NCBI GenBank assembly: GCA_024275255.1
Contig: JAJRZL010000164.1
Location: 1 to 41,153, forward strand
Direction of reading: 5' to 3'
DNA from: Candidatus Zixiibacteriota bacterium
GTDB lineage: Bacteria > Zixibacteria > MSB-5A5 > GN15 > FEB-12
Length of the DNA: 41,153 bases
A model generated the notes under the pieces. It was not told where the DNA came from. It ran no database searches and saw only the letters and a list, made by a program, of their open reading frames with translations. Made by a program: the position numbers and the translations under genes. Below, piece by piece: positions 1 to 8,187 of the stretch (the stretch's first letter is position 1; the number at the start of each line of letters is the position of its first letter).

Positions 1-137
1 CTGGCACCCATAGGTCGAGACATGGAATGTTTTTATTTTTTGTCTATCGGACATACAACCATTCAATCAAAGACGTATCAGGTTCTCGTTTATCATCAAG
101 CATGAATTATACGTAAAGTCGGAAGATAATCAACAGG

Positions 138-171
138 AAAAAATCGGCTCCCATTTTCTGAGAGCCGATTT
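138..171 (-). terminator. Intrinsic terminator after the M1 peptidase gene
   Basis: Inverted repeat AAATCGGCTC...GAGCCGATTT with an A-run on the + strand (U-tract on -), 26 nt past the stop at 197. Confidence 0.75.
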
Positions 172-196
172 ATATTTTCAAAATACTTTTCTTTTA

Positions 197-2437
197 CTAC
201 TTGCTGACACAGCCTGCCAATGGATCCGGACCACCGCCAAACAAGTAGGAAACAAGGTAAGTAATGTCATTGACATTAATATCACAGGAACCATCGACAT
301 CTGCACTGTTGATTTCACCGGGTGCCGGACCACCACTGAACATGTAGGCAACAAGGTACGTAAGGTCTGCAACATTAACCACACCATTACCATCGACATC
401 ACCGGGCACATAAGCCCCCGGTGCAATATAGATAGTGTACTCAGCCACATCAGTGTACCCGGTTCCCATATCATTCAGAGCCACGGTAAAGGTAAAGTAG
501 CCGGTATCGGGTGTTACACCACTGATTATCCCGCGATTATCAAGGGAATACCCGGAAGGAAGCGATCCACTATCAATAGTCCAGGTATAGGGTCCGGTAC
601 CGCCGCGATAATCCAGTGAATCTTTGTACGACAGATACTGTACGCCATTATCGAGTTCGTCATTAAGAGTAATAATGTGCATGTGCCAGAGCTGCTGTGT
701 TTCATATTTCAGCACCCAATTCATCGGGTCAAGGCTCATCCCGGTGACATCAACGGGAAAGTTGAGCTTAAATCGGGTACGGCGTTTATCGACTTGAAGT
801 GTCAGCGTATCATTGGGACCGGTAACATAGAAATCCACGGGCATGATAAATACCTGCGGATTGGTTGTTTGAATCTGTTCAACATACACATAGACATCAT
901 ATCCGGTACTATCCGAAACTTCCGACCAGTATGACCAATTATAGTTCGGTCGATATTCACCGTGAATCCATTCATCAAAGAACCAGTCAAGCTCAACCCC
1001 GGTAGCCGCTTCAAATACATTCTTGAAATCTTCCGTGGTTGCCGAGGCATATTGATACTGTGAGTTATAGTATGAATGGACACCTTCAAAAAACAGGGAG
1101 TCACCAAGTACCCCTCGTAACATGTGCACCACCCAGGCGCCTTTGTCATAGGACCGTGCGCTGAAAATACCCCACACGTCGGTGGTATCCTGAATATAGA
1201 TTGTTCCCCCGCTTGTTCCCCCAGAGGAAGAAGCCATATCATTCATATAATCATGGTAACTTGCCCAGCCGTCTTTTTCGAGATAATACAACGCTTCGGA
1301 ATACGATGCCCACCCTTCATTGAGCCAGATATCCTGCCATGACTCACAGGTAATCATATCTCCCCACCATTGGTGTGACAACTCATGCACAACCACCGGC
1401 TCTGAAAACCCAAAAGAGCTGCCTGCCATTGATGTCATGGTCTGGTGTTCCATTCCCCCACCCCAGGTGAAATTGGCATGGCCATATTTCTCTTGGGTGA
1501 ATGGATACAAACCGTATTGGTCAGAAAATATGGTTAATGCCTGCGGGGTTATACCATACCGCGGCAATGAATAAGTATAAAACAGGGGAAAAACGGCATT
1601 GACAATCGGCATTGTATCCTGACCACTATTATAAACCCATTCATCATACCATACGGTATAAGCATGAATAGCTACCGAGAATAAATAAGTGACCATCGGA
1701 TAGCGGACACTATAATAAAACGTATGTGTGTTGGCACTGCTGATAACAGTCGAGTCGAGGGTTCCGTTGGAAGCTACGTAATACGTGGTGTCAACTTCGA
1801 TGGCAATATTGAAAGAATCAGCTTTGTCATCCATCCGGTCTTTACAGGGCCACCAGGTACGGGCAAAATATGGCTCGGACAAAGAAGAAATCATTTTGAC
1901 ACCATTGTAGATATCAAATGAAAAAGCCTGGAACCCGCCCTCTGTGGGATGCCCATGATAGTAAAAATCAAACTCAAACTGCTCACCGGTGTTATAGGTG
2001 GCATCGATAATAACTGTCACCACATTATTTGACCGGGTATAGCCCAGTTCTCCCGATGGGGCGATAATAGAATCAACAATCATATTATCATAGAAATCGA
2101 CCTGCACGGACGTCACCCCATCTTCCGCAGCAAGCGCAACAAACTTCACATCACCATAGAGAATTTCCGTGGTATCATTTACCCGGATAAAAATATCATA
2201 GAACAAGACATCATAATTCGTCTGAGTAACATCGGCTTCATTTAACGCATAGTTTGCGACGAAATTCTTCTCGATTCGGGAAGCAACCTTGCCTTCCCAA
2301 AGTTTTTGATGAATGACTGATGGTGGCGCCTGATCCCAATCGACAGCGTCATCGGCGGCTATGGCTGCTATTACAGGGATACAAAAAGCGATAATAAGTG
2401 CGAGGAGTATCCTGGCATGCACGGTTGTAAATCTCAC
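197..2437 (-). CDS. Secreted M1-family zinc aminopeptidase with Ig-like (He_PIG-like) domain and C-terminal dockerin-type domain
   Basis: GGMEH (GAMEN-like) motif, HELSH-x18-E (WLNEG), YDKG motif; signal peptide; PYTWTIDSGSLPSG Ig-like segment; duplicated GDVDG...DLTYLV.Y.F.GGP at the C-terminus. Start moved to GTG at 2437, which follows a GGAGG RBS. Confidence 0.9.
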   Translation of the reverse strand: MRFTTVHARILLALIIAFCIPVIAAIAADDAVDWDQAPPSVIHQKLWEGKVASRIEKNFVANYALNEADVTQTNYDVLFYDIFIRVNDTTEILYGDVKFVALAAEDGVTSVQVDFYDNMIVDSIIAPSGELGYTRSNNVVTVIIDATYNTGEQFEFDFYYHGHPTEGGFQAFSFDIYNGVKMISSLSEPYFARTWWPCKDRMDDKADSFNIAIEVDTTYYVASNGTLDSTVISSANTHTFYYSVRYPMVTYLFSVAIHAYTVWYDEWVYNSGQDTMPIVNAVFPLFYTYSLPRYGITPQALTIFSDQYGLYPFTQEKYGHANFTWGGGMEHQTMTSMAGSSFGFSEPVVVHELSHQWWGDMITCESWQDIWLNEGWASYSEALYYLEKDGWASYHDYMNDMASSSGGTSGGTIYIQDTTDVWGIFSARSYDKGAWVVHMLRGVLGDSLFFEGVHSYYNSQYQYASATTEDFKNVFEAATGVELDWFFDEWIHGEYRPNYNWSYWSEVSDSTGYDVYVYVEQIQTTNPQVFIMPVDFYVTGPNDTLTLQVDKRRTRFKLNFPVDVTGMSLDPMNWVLKYETQQLWHMHIITLNDELDNGVQYLSYKDSLDYRGGTGPYTWTIDSGSLPSGYSLDNRGIISGVTPDTGYFTFTVALNDMGTGYTDVAEYTIYIAPGAYVPGDVDGNGVVNVADLTYLVAYMFSGGPAPGEINSADVDGSCDINVNDITYLVSYLFGGGPDPLAGCVSK

Positions 2438-2544
2438 GAGTTCCTCCAGAAAAGAACAATTATGTACTATACTGTTGATTACATACAAAAAACTCAGAGC
2501 TGCCAGTAAACATTGAAACTATTGCGCTCCAAGTCTTATGTATA

Positions 2545-2572
2545 AAGGTATAAAATATACTTGTTTTGTCAA
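2545..2572 (-). promoter_or_regulatory. Putative sigma70 promoter for the M1 peptidase
   Basis: TTGACA-N16-TACCTT on the - strand, downstream of the terminator at 2662-2698. Confidence 0.45.
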
Positions 2573-2661
2573 GGTTTTTACTCTTTTTCCTCTTTACCAA
2601 CTATTTCTATTATTAAATACGGCATGTAAGAATCGATTATTTAGCAGGTTTATCTATTCCG

Positions 2662-2698
2662 AAAAAAAGAGTCGCCGTTAGTTACCTAACAGCGACCC
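2662..2698 (-). terminator. Intrinsic terminator after the 782-aa gene
   Basis: - strand GGGTCGCTGTTAG-GTAA-CTAACGGCGACTC-TTTTTTT. Confidence 0.8.
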
Positions 2699-2723
2699 AG
2701 CCAACAAAGTGTATGTTATCTTC

Positions 2724-5072
2724 TTACTTGAATGGATTCCCACAAGGTATGGGACCACTTTCAAAGAAGTAATGAACGAAATACGTCAAATCTTCGATAT
2801 TCACTGTATGGTCACAGTTGAGATCACCAACAAAATATTCCGGCTCCGGTCCCGGTCCACTCTGGAAGAGGTAATCAACAAAATAGGTCAGGTCCGAAAC
2901 ATCAATGACCCCGTCATAATTCATATCACCATGGAACCGCCATACCCGGAACAAGAGGTCAACCTTCACCGGGCTGTTCGATGCCACGGTTGAAGTGACA
3001 AAGAAAGAATCAGGGTATTCACCAAAGAGATACCCGGTGGCATCGGCATTAATACTTACCCCTTTCGGATTTGTACCGGAGGAGTCAGAAGGTGTCATCC
3101 AGGGAACATCTTCGACAATCGCCCAATCCATACAACCGCCAAACTTGTTGTGAATTTCCAAAGCGCTCGGTGGTACCGGACCGGAATTTTCCTGAGCCGG
3201 TATCACAAAGCTGTAGCGGGAAAGATGGATTTCCGGTGTTTCCGTACCCGGAATCACCTCGTATTTCACAATCAATGTTTCAGGATTGTTGATTGCCTTC
3301 TGGGCAACGATTTCTATCGTATCAAAATACACCCCAACAGGTAAATTAAGATAAGCGGAACGGGCAATTACCAGACCGGGCGCTTCATTGGAGATAGCGG
3401 TCAGTTCAAACAAATCGGACTCATAGACCAAATCAAATGTCATCGGGTCGTCACCACCGACATTCAACACCTGGAATAATGCTGTCGGGGGATCGACACC
3501 GGCACCCATCTCACATTCATATAAAGTGAACCGGAGCGTATCGGTTGTCAGGTTTATTTGTGCCGGGTTGTCCACCAGGTGGAACTGGAATACCACCGGG
3601 AACGGCGAGTTGATAGCCTCGTTGGAATAGACCCACAAAGTATCAAAGTAATCATCACCCGCGCTGCCACCAGTTAGTTTGAACGTCACTTCCACATCCT
3701 GCGGAGCAACCCCGGAGTCAGGATTCATCGTAAAGAGACGAGGTGAATTTTCTTCAAGCCAGAAGTTCATCGTACCGGCACCGCCATTTTTGACCAGTAT
3801 CGTCCGCGGGTCAACTTCACTGACACCGGTCGGCACCACGACAAAATTAAATGCGGAATCGACTTCAATAATCGGTAAGTCGGATCCAATAGATAGTGAC
3901 ACCATCACCGATTCAGGGCTGTTGGTGGCATTGGGATCGGAAATAACGATATAATCCGTATAATTTCCAAACGGTAAACCGGTAATATCAACCGACACCG
4001 TCACATCAACCGAATCAACACCGGATGTTGGTGACAATGACAGCCAGCTTTCACTATTCGTAGCAGTCCAGTTTAGTGTTTGTCCGCCATTGTTGTAAAT
4101 AGTCAGGATTTTATCACCCGGGTTTGCGCCCCCGGCAATGGCATTGAAGAAAAACTCCGTCGGGGTAACCCCGATAACCGGTGGTGGTTCTTCTACGGTC
4201 ATGGTTACTTTCACCCAGAGCGGCGAATTGTTTGCCTGTCCGGATTCTACCATGATAGAATCAATATATGTTCCTGCTGCAAGACCGATAGTATTGGGCA
4301 GCACCGTAATTTGCTGGGTAGTCGTTCCGGTAATGGGGCTGACGATAATCCAGGGAATATTTTCCACCAGGTTGAAATTGAGTGCGATGCCATCTGAGGC
4401 AACAGTGAAAGTCTGTGGTGGAGGAGTGCTCCCGTTTTCGATAGCATCAAAATGCAGCGAATCGGGGTTAACTATCAAGTTTGCCATGGAACAGGCAGTA
4501 TCACGAATGACAATTCTCCCGGTCCAGTACGGTACATATTCCGCGTTACCGGTTGTTACAAACTTCAACAAACTACTTGGGCTGAACAACAATGTATCCA
4601 GCACAATAGAATCACAAACCTGCCAGTCAGATAAGGTGAAATAATAACTTGCCCAAAGCTGGCGGGTCGGGTTGGCAGTGACACCGGCGCCAAAAATAAC
4701 CGCGGCGCCAAAGATAAACCGCTGGTTCGTGTTGGTCAGGTTAATATCATCGTCTTCATAGAAAAACGGACCAATATCAAAACCGGCATCAGTCATTGGT
4801 GATGCAACCGCACTATCCATCTGCAAATTCGAGTTTTCCCAGGCAAAACCCGAGGATACACCAATGATACTGTTGGCATCATCAAAAACCCATAAATCTG
4901 CCTGAACCTGCAACTGATTAGTCGTATAATCCGGAGTTACTGAAAATACTATTTCGATAGTATCGGCAGCACCAAGATCATCGGGGTCCTGAGTAAACTG
5001 TGCCTGTACAGGCAGCGCCAAAGCAAGTATTCCACACAGCAAGGTAAGGAAAAAGACATTACGAAATTTCAT
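2724..5072 (-). CDS. Secreted non-catalytic multidomain protein: N-terminal cohesin-like beta domain, five BACON-like repeats, C-terminal dockerin-type domain
   Basis: Signal peptide (VQA|Q); five ~100-aa repeats ending in A-x-N-(S/N)-P-x-x-(V/L), several with W(L/I/M)-x-x-(S/T)-P-like segments; duplicated Ca-loop dockerin motif; GGAGG RBS; no catalytic motif seen. Confidence 0.8.
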   Translation of the reverse strand: MKFRNVFFLTLLCGILALALPVQAQFTQDPDDLGAADTIEIVFSVTPDYTTNQLQVQADLWVFDDANSIIGVSSGFAWENSNLQMDSAVASPMTDAGFDIGPFFYEDDDINLTNTNQRFIFGAAVIFGAGVTANPTRQLWASYYFTLSDWQVCDSIVLDTLLFSPSSLLKFVTTGNAEYVPYWTGRIVIRDTACSMANLIVNPDSLHFDAIENGSTPPPQTFTVASDGIALNFNLVENIPWIIVSPITGTTTQQITVLPNTIGLAAGTYIDSIMVESGQANNSPLWVKVTMTVEEPPPVIGVTPTEFFFNAIAGGANPGDKILTIYNNGGQTLNWTATNSESWLSLSPTSGVDSVDVTVSVDITGLPFGNYTDYIVISDPNATNSPESVMVSLSIGSDLPIIEVDSAFNFVVVPTGVSEVDPRTILVKNGGAGTMNFWLEENSPRLFTMNPDSGVAPQDVEVTFKLTGGSAGDDYFDTLWVYSNEAINSPFPVVFQFHLVDNPAQINLTTDTLRFTLYECEMGAGVDPPTALFQVLNVGGDDPMTFDLVYESDLFELTAISNEAPGLVIARSAYLNLPVGVYFDTIEIVAQKAINNPETLIVKYEVIPGTETPEIHLSRYSFVIPAQENSGPVPPSALEIHNKFGGCMDWAIVEDVPWMTPSDSSGTNPKGVSINADATGYLFGEYPDSFFVTSTVASNSPVKVDLLFRVWRFHGDMNYDGVIDVSDLTYFVDYLFQSGPGPEPEYFVGDLNCDHTVNIEDLTYFVHYFFESGPIPCGNPFK

Positions 5073-5208
5073 TATTTCGCCTCCATGCAGCTTAAATGAA
5101 TTATGTGTTGTTTTTCTTCATATATAAAAGATAAGTCAATAGCTACGTGATATTTTAAGTAAATAAAAAAGTGGTGAATAAGATTATCCCGTACCAATAT
5201 CGTCCCAA

Positions 5209-5388
5209 GCATTGAAATCAAACTCCCGTTACACGTCAACTCTTGTACCTGCCGAACCCCAGGGATTGGAGTAAACACCTGTTTTCTATCTCCTTCCCAC
5301 TGAGCCACCAACTATACGATTATTTCATCATGCGTTAGTCGTAAATGAAGTCACAAGGTTGACGTCCAAAAGATCATCGACCCAACAA
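5209..5388 (-). ncRNA. Candidate structured non-coding RNA or cis-regulatory leader (unassigned family)
   Basis: Long-range inverted repeat 5233-5246/5353-5365 enclosing two G-U-containing hairpins on the - strand; promoter immediately upstream; U-tract downstream near 5162-5170. Confidence 0.45.
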
Positions 5389-5392
5389 CCAC

Positions 5393-5422
5393 AATATAGG
5401 AAAGAATAGTACCAACTGTCAA
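5393..5422 (-). promoter_or_regulatory. Putative sigma70 promoter
   Basis: TTGACA-N18-TATATT on the - strand, directly after the lon terminator. Confidence 0.55.
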
Positions 5423-5425
5423 GTC

Positions 5426-5473
5426 AAAATGTCGTTAGCAGTTCATTACCCCAAGAGCTGCAACGACATAAAA
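5426..5473 (-). terminator. Terminator hairpin after lon
   Basis: ATGTCGTT(A)GCAGTTC...GAGCTGCAACGACAT stem flanked by short A-runs, directly after the lon stop. Confidence 0.65.
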
Positions 5474-5476
5474 GAT

Positions 5477-7993
5477 TTAACGTTCCTTCTTTCCTGTTTT
5501 TTTCGCTGTTGAAGTCGAGCGTTTTTTTGATGTACGTGTCTTTCTTTTCCGAGCTTTCTCAATCTCTTCGGCAAATATCTTCTCTAATGTGTATGATGAC
5601 GGGGTAAAATCAAGCAGGCACAACTCAAAAAGTTCATCAACCCGCTCAATATACGTTAACTTGGTTTTACGGAGAATCTCTCTCGGTAAGTCCTTGACAT
5701 CTTTTGCATTCTCTTTCGGCAACGCTACATGGTAAATCCCCGCGCGATATGCTGCCGAGACTTTCTCTTTAATCCCCCCCACCGGTAACACTCTTCCCCG
5801 CAACGTAACCTCGCCGGTTACCGCAATGTCATTCCGAATAGGACGTTCAGCCATGACCGATGCAATCACCAGGCAGACCGTTACCCCGGCTGACGGGCCA
5901 TCCTTGGGAATCGCACCGGAGGGAAAATGGATATGAATGTCAAAATCATTAAAGTCCGAGAAATCAATACCAAGCACATCAGCTTTCGAGCGAACATAAG
6001 AATGCGCCGCCTGTATCGACTCCCGCATCACTTCACCCAGTGAACCGGTTGTGGTTATCTGCCCATCTCCCTTCATTTTCAAGCCTTCAATAAACATGAG
6101 ATCACCACCGGCACCGGTCCATGCCAGCCCGGCAGCGGTTCCGATTTCGGGTGAACTGACCGCACGTTCCGGTATGTATATCGCCGGTCCAAGGAATGTT
6201 TCAAGATTCTTCTCACTGATAGTCCATGATTTTTTTGGTTTCTCTGATTTCGCCAGGGCAATCTTTCGGCAAATCTTTTCAATCTGCTGGGAGAACCCCA
6301 ACAAACCGGCTTCCATCGTGTAGTTCGTAATGATTTTTGCCAGCACCTTATCGGAAAACTTAACTTCCGAACGCAACAAACCATGCTTCTGAAGCAGACG
6401 GGGAATGATATACTTTTTGGAAATGACAATCTTTTCTTTTTCGATATATCCCGGTAATTCGATAATTTCAAATCGTGGGATAAACTGCTCCGGTATCTCC
6501 TCGAATGTCCGCACGGAACAGATAAAAAACACTTTACTCAAATCAAACGGCACCCCGATATACCGGTCGAGAAACTTGGAGTTCCAGCGGGTATCGATAG
6601 CTTCCAGAAGTGCCATATTGAGAGAGGAATCGTTATCCATGTTAAAATAATCAATATCCTCTATCAACACCACCGGATCGCAGGTCCCGGCTTCCCGCAA
6701 TGTTCTGATTATCTTGCCCGGCATAGCGCCAAGGAATGTTCGAGGGGAGCCTTTTAGTTCGGTCACATCGGAAATTCCTCCCACAGAAATCCGAATGAGC
6801 TTTTTCCCAAGGGCATTGGCAATGGCTTTCGCCAGCGATGCTTTCCCCGTACCGGGTGCACCAACAAGACACAGGGTAGGACCTTCGTTTATCCCTCCCA
6901 TCAACTTGCGCACCGACAACCGCTGCAGGATTTGTTCTTTTAACATGACCGGTCCGTAATACTGAGAAGAAAGCACTTTGGAAGCATCAGAAATTTGATA
7001 GTCCTCCGGTTTGCATTTCCCCCAGGGCAGAGATAGTATCCAGTTCAGGTAATTCTTGGTGACACCATATTCTGCCGATGCCGGCGGTAACTGGGTGAGC
7101 CTGTCGATTTCAATATTTGCCCGGGCGACTACTTCTGCCGGTAAACCGGTCATATTTTTCATAATATGCCGAAAACGATTCGCTTCCCGTTCCTCGGAAA
7201 AATCCTCACCGAGCTGACGCCGGATTTCATATAATTGCTGCTGAAGATACTGCCGTCGCGTGGCTTCTTCTATATTCTTTTCCACATTTTGTTCAATCCT
7301 GCGGGCAGTGGCAACCTTGTTCAGTTCCGTGTTGAGGTAAAACAACAACCTGTCGTATCTCATGTTCAGATTGATCGTTTCGAGTATTTCCTGTTTTGCC
7401 GTGAGTGGAAAATGAAAGGTTGATGCCACTCGGTCGGCAAACAGTGAAGGGTCGTCCTGGTCCAGTTTCAACACGAAAAGCTGTTCCGAAGAATAGATAG
7501 GGTCAAGATGGACAATTTCATTGATAATAGACAGGACCTCGTTGATTTTGTCCTTTATCCCCCGCTTTATGGATGTCGGTGTTTGTATGTCATGGGCAAT
7601 TACCGTGATAAACGGCTCACGACTCAGGATAGTATTAATAGCAACCCGACGTTGCCCTTCGATAGTGACTGAGAGCGATTCCCCCAAGCCCTTTTTATAA
7701 TCACGAGGAACAGCTATCACCCCAACCTGATGAACCCCCTCTCCGTTTCCATCATCATTCGGATCAGCATTTGAAAACGAAGCTACGAACTCCTGTTTTT
7801 TTTCAAGACAGTAGTTGATGAGCCTGAGATTTTCGGGGCGTCCGACCTGAAGAGTCATAATCATACCGGGAAATAGTACTCCGGTTCGCAAGGGTAACAG
7901 CGGGTATTGTTTTTCCGTATCTGTTACAACAATCGGAATCCGGTTTTTTGATTTTATGATAATATTATCCGTTTTTTTCTGCACGCTATGCAA
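5477..7993 (-). CDS. lon: Lon (endopeptidase La) family protease with a degenerate AAA+ module
   Basis: Lon N-domain (LPLR..VLFPG), LPWG, AAA+ region, protease domain HIHFPSGAIPKDGPSAG and GGIKEK (Ser-Lys dyad). Confidence 0.92.
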   Translation of the reverse strand: MHSVQKKTDNIIIKSKNRIPIVVTDTEKQYPLLPLRTGVLFPGMIMTLQVGRPENLRLINYCLEKKQEFVASFSNADPNDDGNGEGVHQVGVIAVPRDYKKGLGESLSVTIEGQRRVAINTILSREPFITVIAHDIQTPTSIKRGIKDKINEVLSIINEIVHLDPIYSSEQLFVLKLDQDDPSLFADRVASTFHFPLTAKQEILETINLNMRYDRLLFYLNTELNKVATARRIEQNVEKNIEEATRRQYLQQQLYEIRRQLGEDFSEEREANRFRHIMKNMTGLPAEVVARANIEIDRLTQLPPASAEYGVTKNYLNWILSLPWGKCKPEDYQISDASKVLSSQYYGPVMLKEQILQRLSVRKLMGGINEGPTLCLVGAPGTGKASLAKAIANALGKKLIRISVGGISDVTELKGSPRTFLGAMPGKIIRTLREAGTCDPVVLIEDIDYFNMDNDSSLNMALLEAIDTRWNSKFLDRYIGVPFDLSKVFFICSVRTFEEIPEQFIPRFEIIELPGYIEKEKIVISKKYIIPRLLQKHGLLRSEVKFSDKVLAKIITNYTMEAGLLGFSQQIEKICRKIALAKSEKPKKSWTISEKNLETFLGPAIYIPERAVSSPEIGTAAGLAWTGAGGDLMFIEGLKMKGDGQITTTGSLGEVMRESIQAAHSYVRSKADVLGIDFSDFNDFDIHIHFPSGAIPKDGPSAGVTVCLVIASVMAERPIRNDIAVTGEVTLRGRVLPVGGIKEKVSAAYRAGIYHVALPKENAKDVKDLPREILRKTKLTYIERVDELFELCLLDFTPSSYTLEKIFAEEIEKARKRKTRTSKKRSTSTAKKTGKKER

Positions 7994-8091
7994 CCTATAA
8001 TTAGATAGTTCTTTTTGGCAAGGTGGCGTAAAAACAACGGAGTGTCAATTTTAATTTATACTCCCGCAAATGATTGTATCCACACCACAGC

Positions 8092-8131
8092 AAAAAAACA
8101 GCGGGCAGATAAAGATAATCTACCCGCCGTA
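8092..8131 (-). terminator. Intrinsic terminator after the helicase gene
   Basis: - strand ACGGCGGGTAGAT-TATCTTT-ATCTGCCCGCTGT followed by a T-run. Confidence 0.8.
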
Positions 8132-8187
8132 GGGGGAAAGTGGACAAGGGAATTTTTTATTCCGGCAGTCAGGCAACCGCTAACCTC

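Noticed and set aside
1-23. Possible gene start ATG TCT CGA CCT (MSRPMG...) on the - strand running off the window
   Set aside because: Only 7 codons visible and no clear RBS
218-403. DNA direct repeats at gene ends (also 34835-34985) as CRISPR or DGR repeats
   Set aside because: Explained by internal dockerin duplication; only two units, no spacers, no cas or reverse transcriptase gene
5072-5311. 79-aa ORF upstream of the scaffold gene
   Set aside because: No RBS, non-protein-like composition, overlaps the structured RNA candidate and an AT-rich tract
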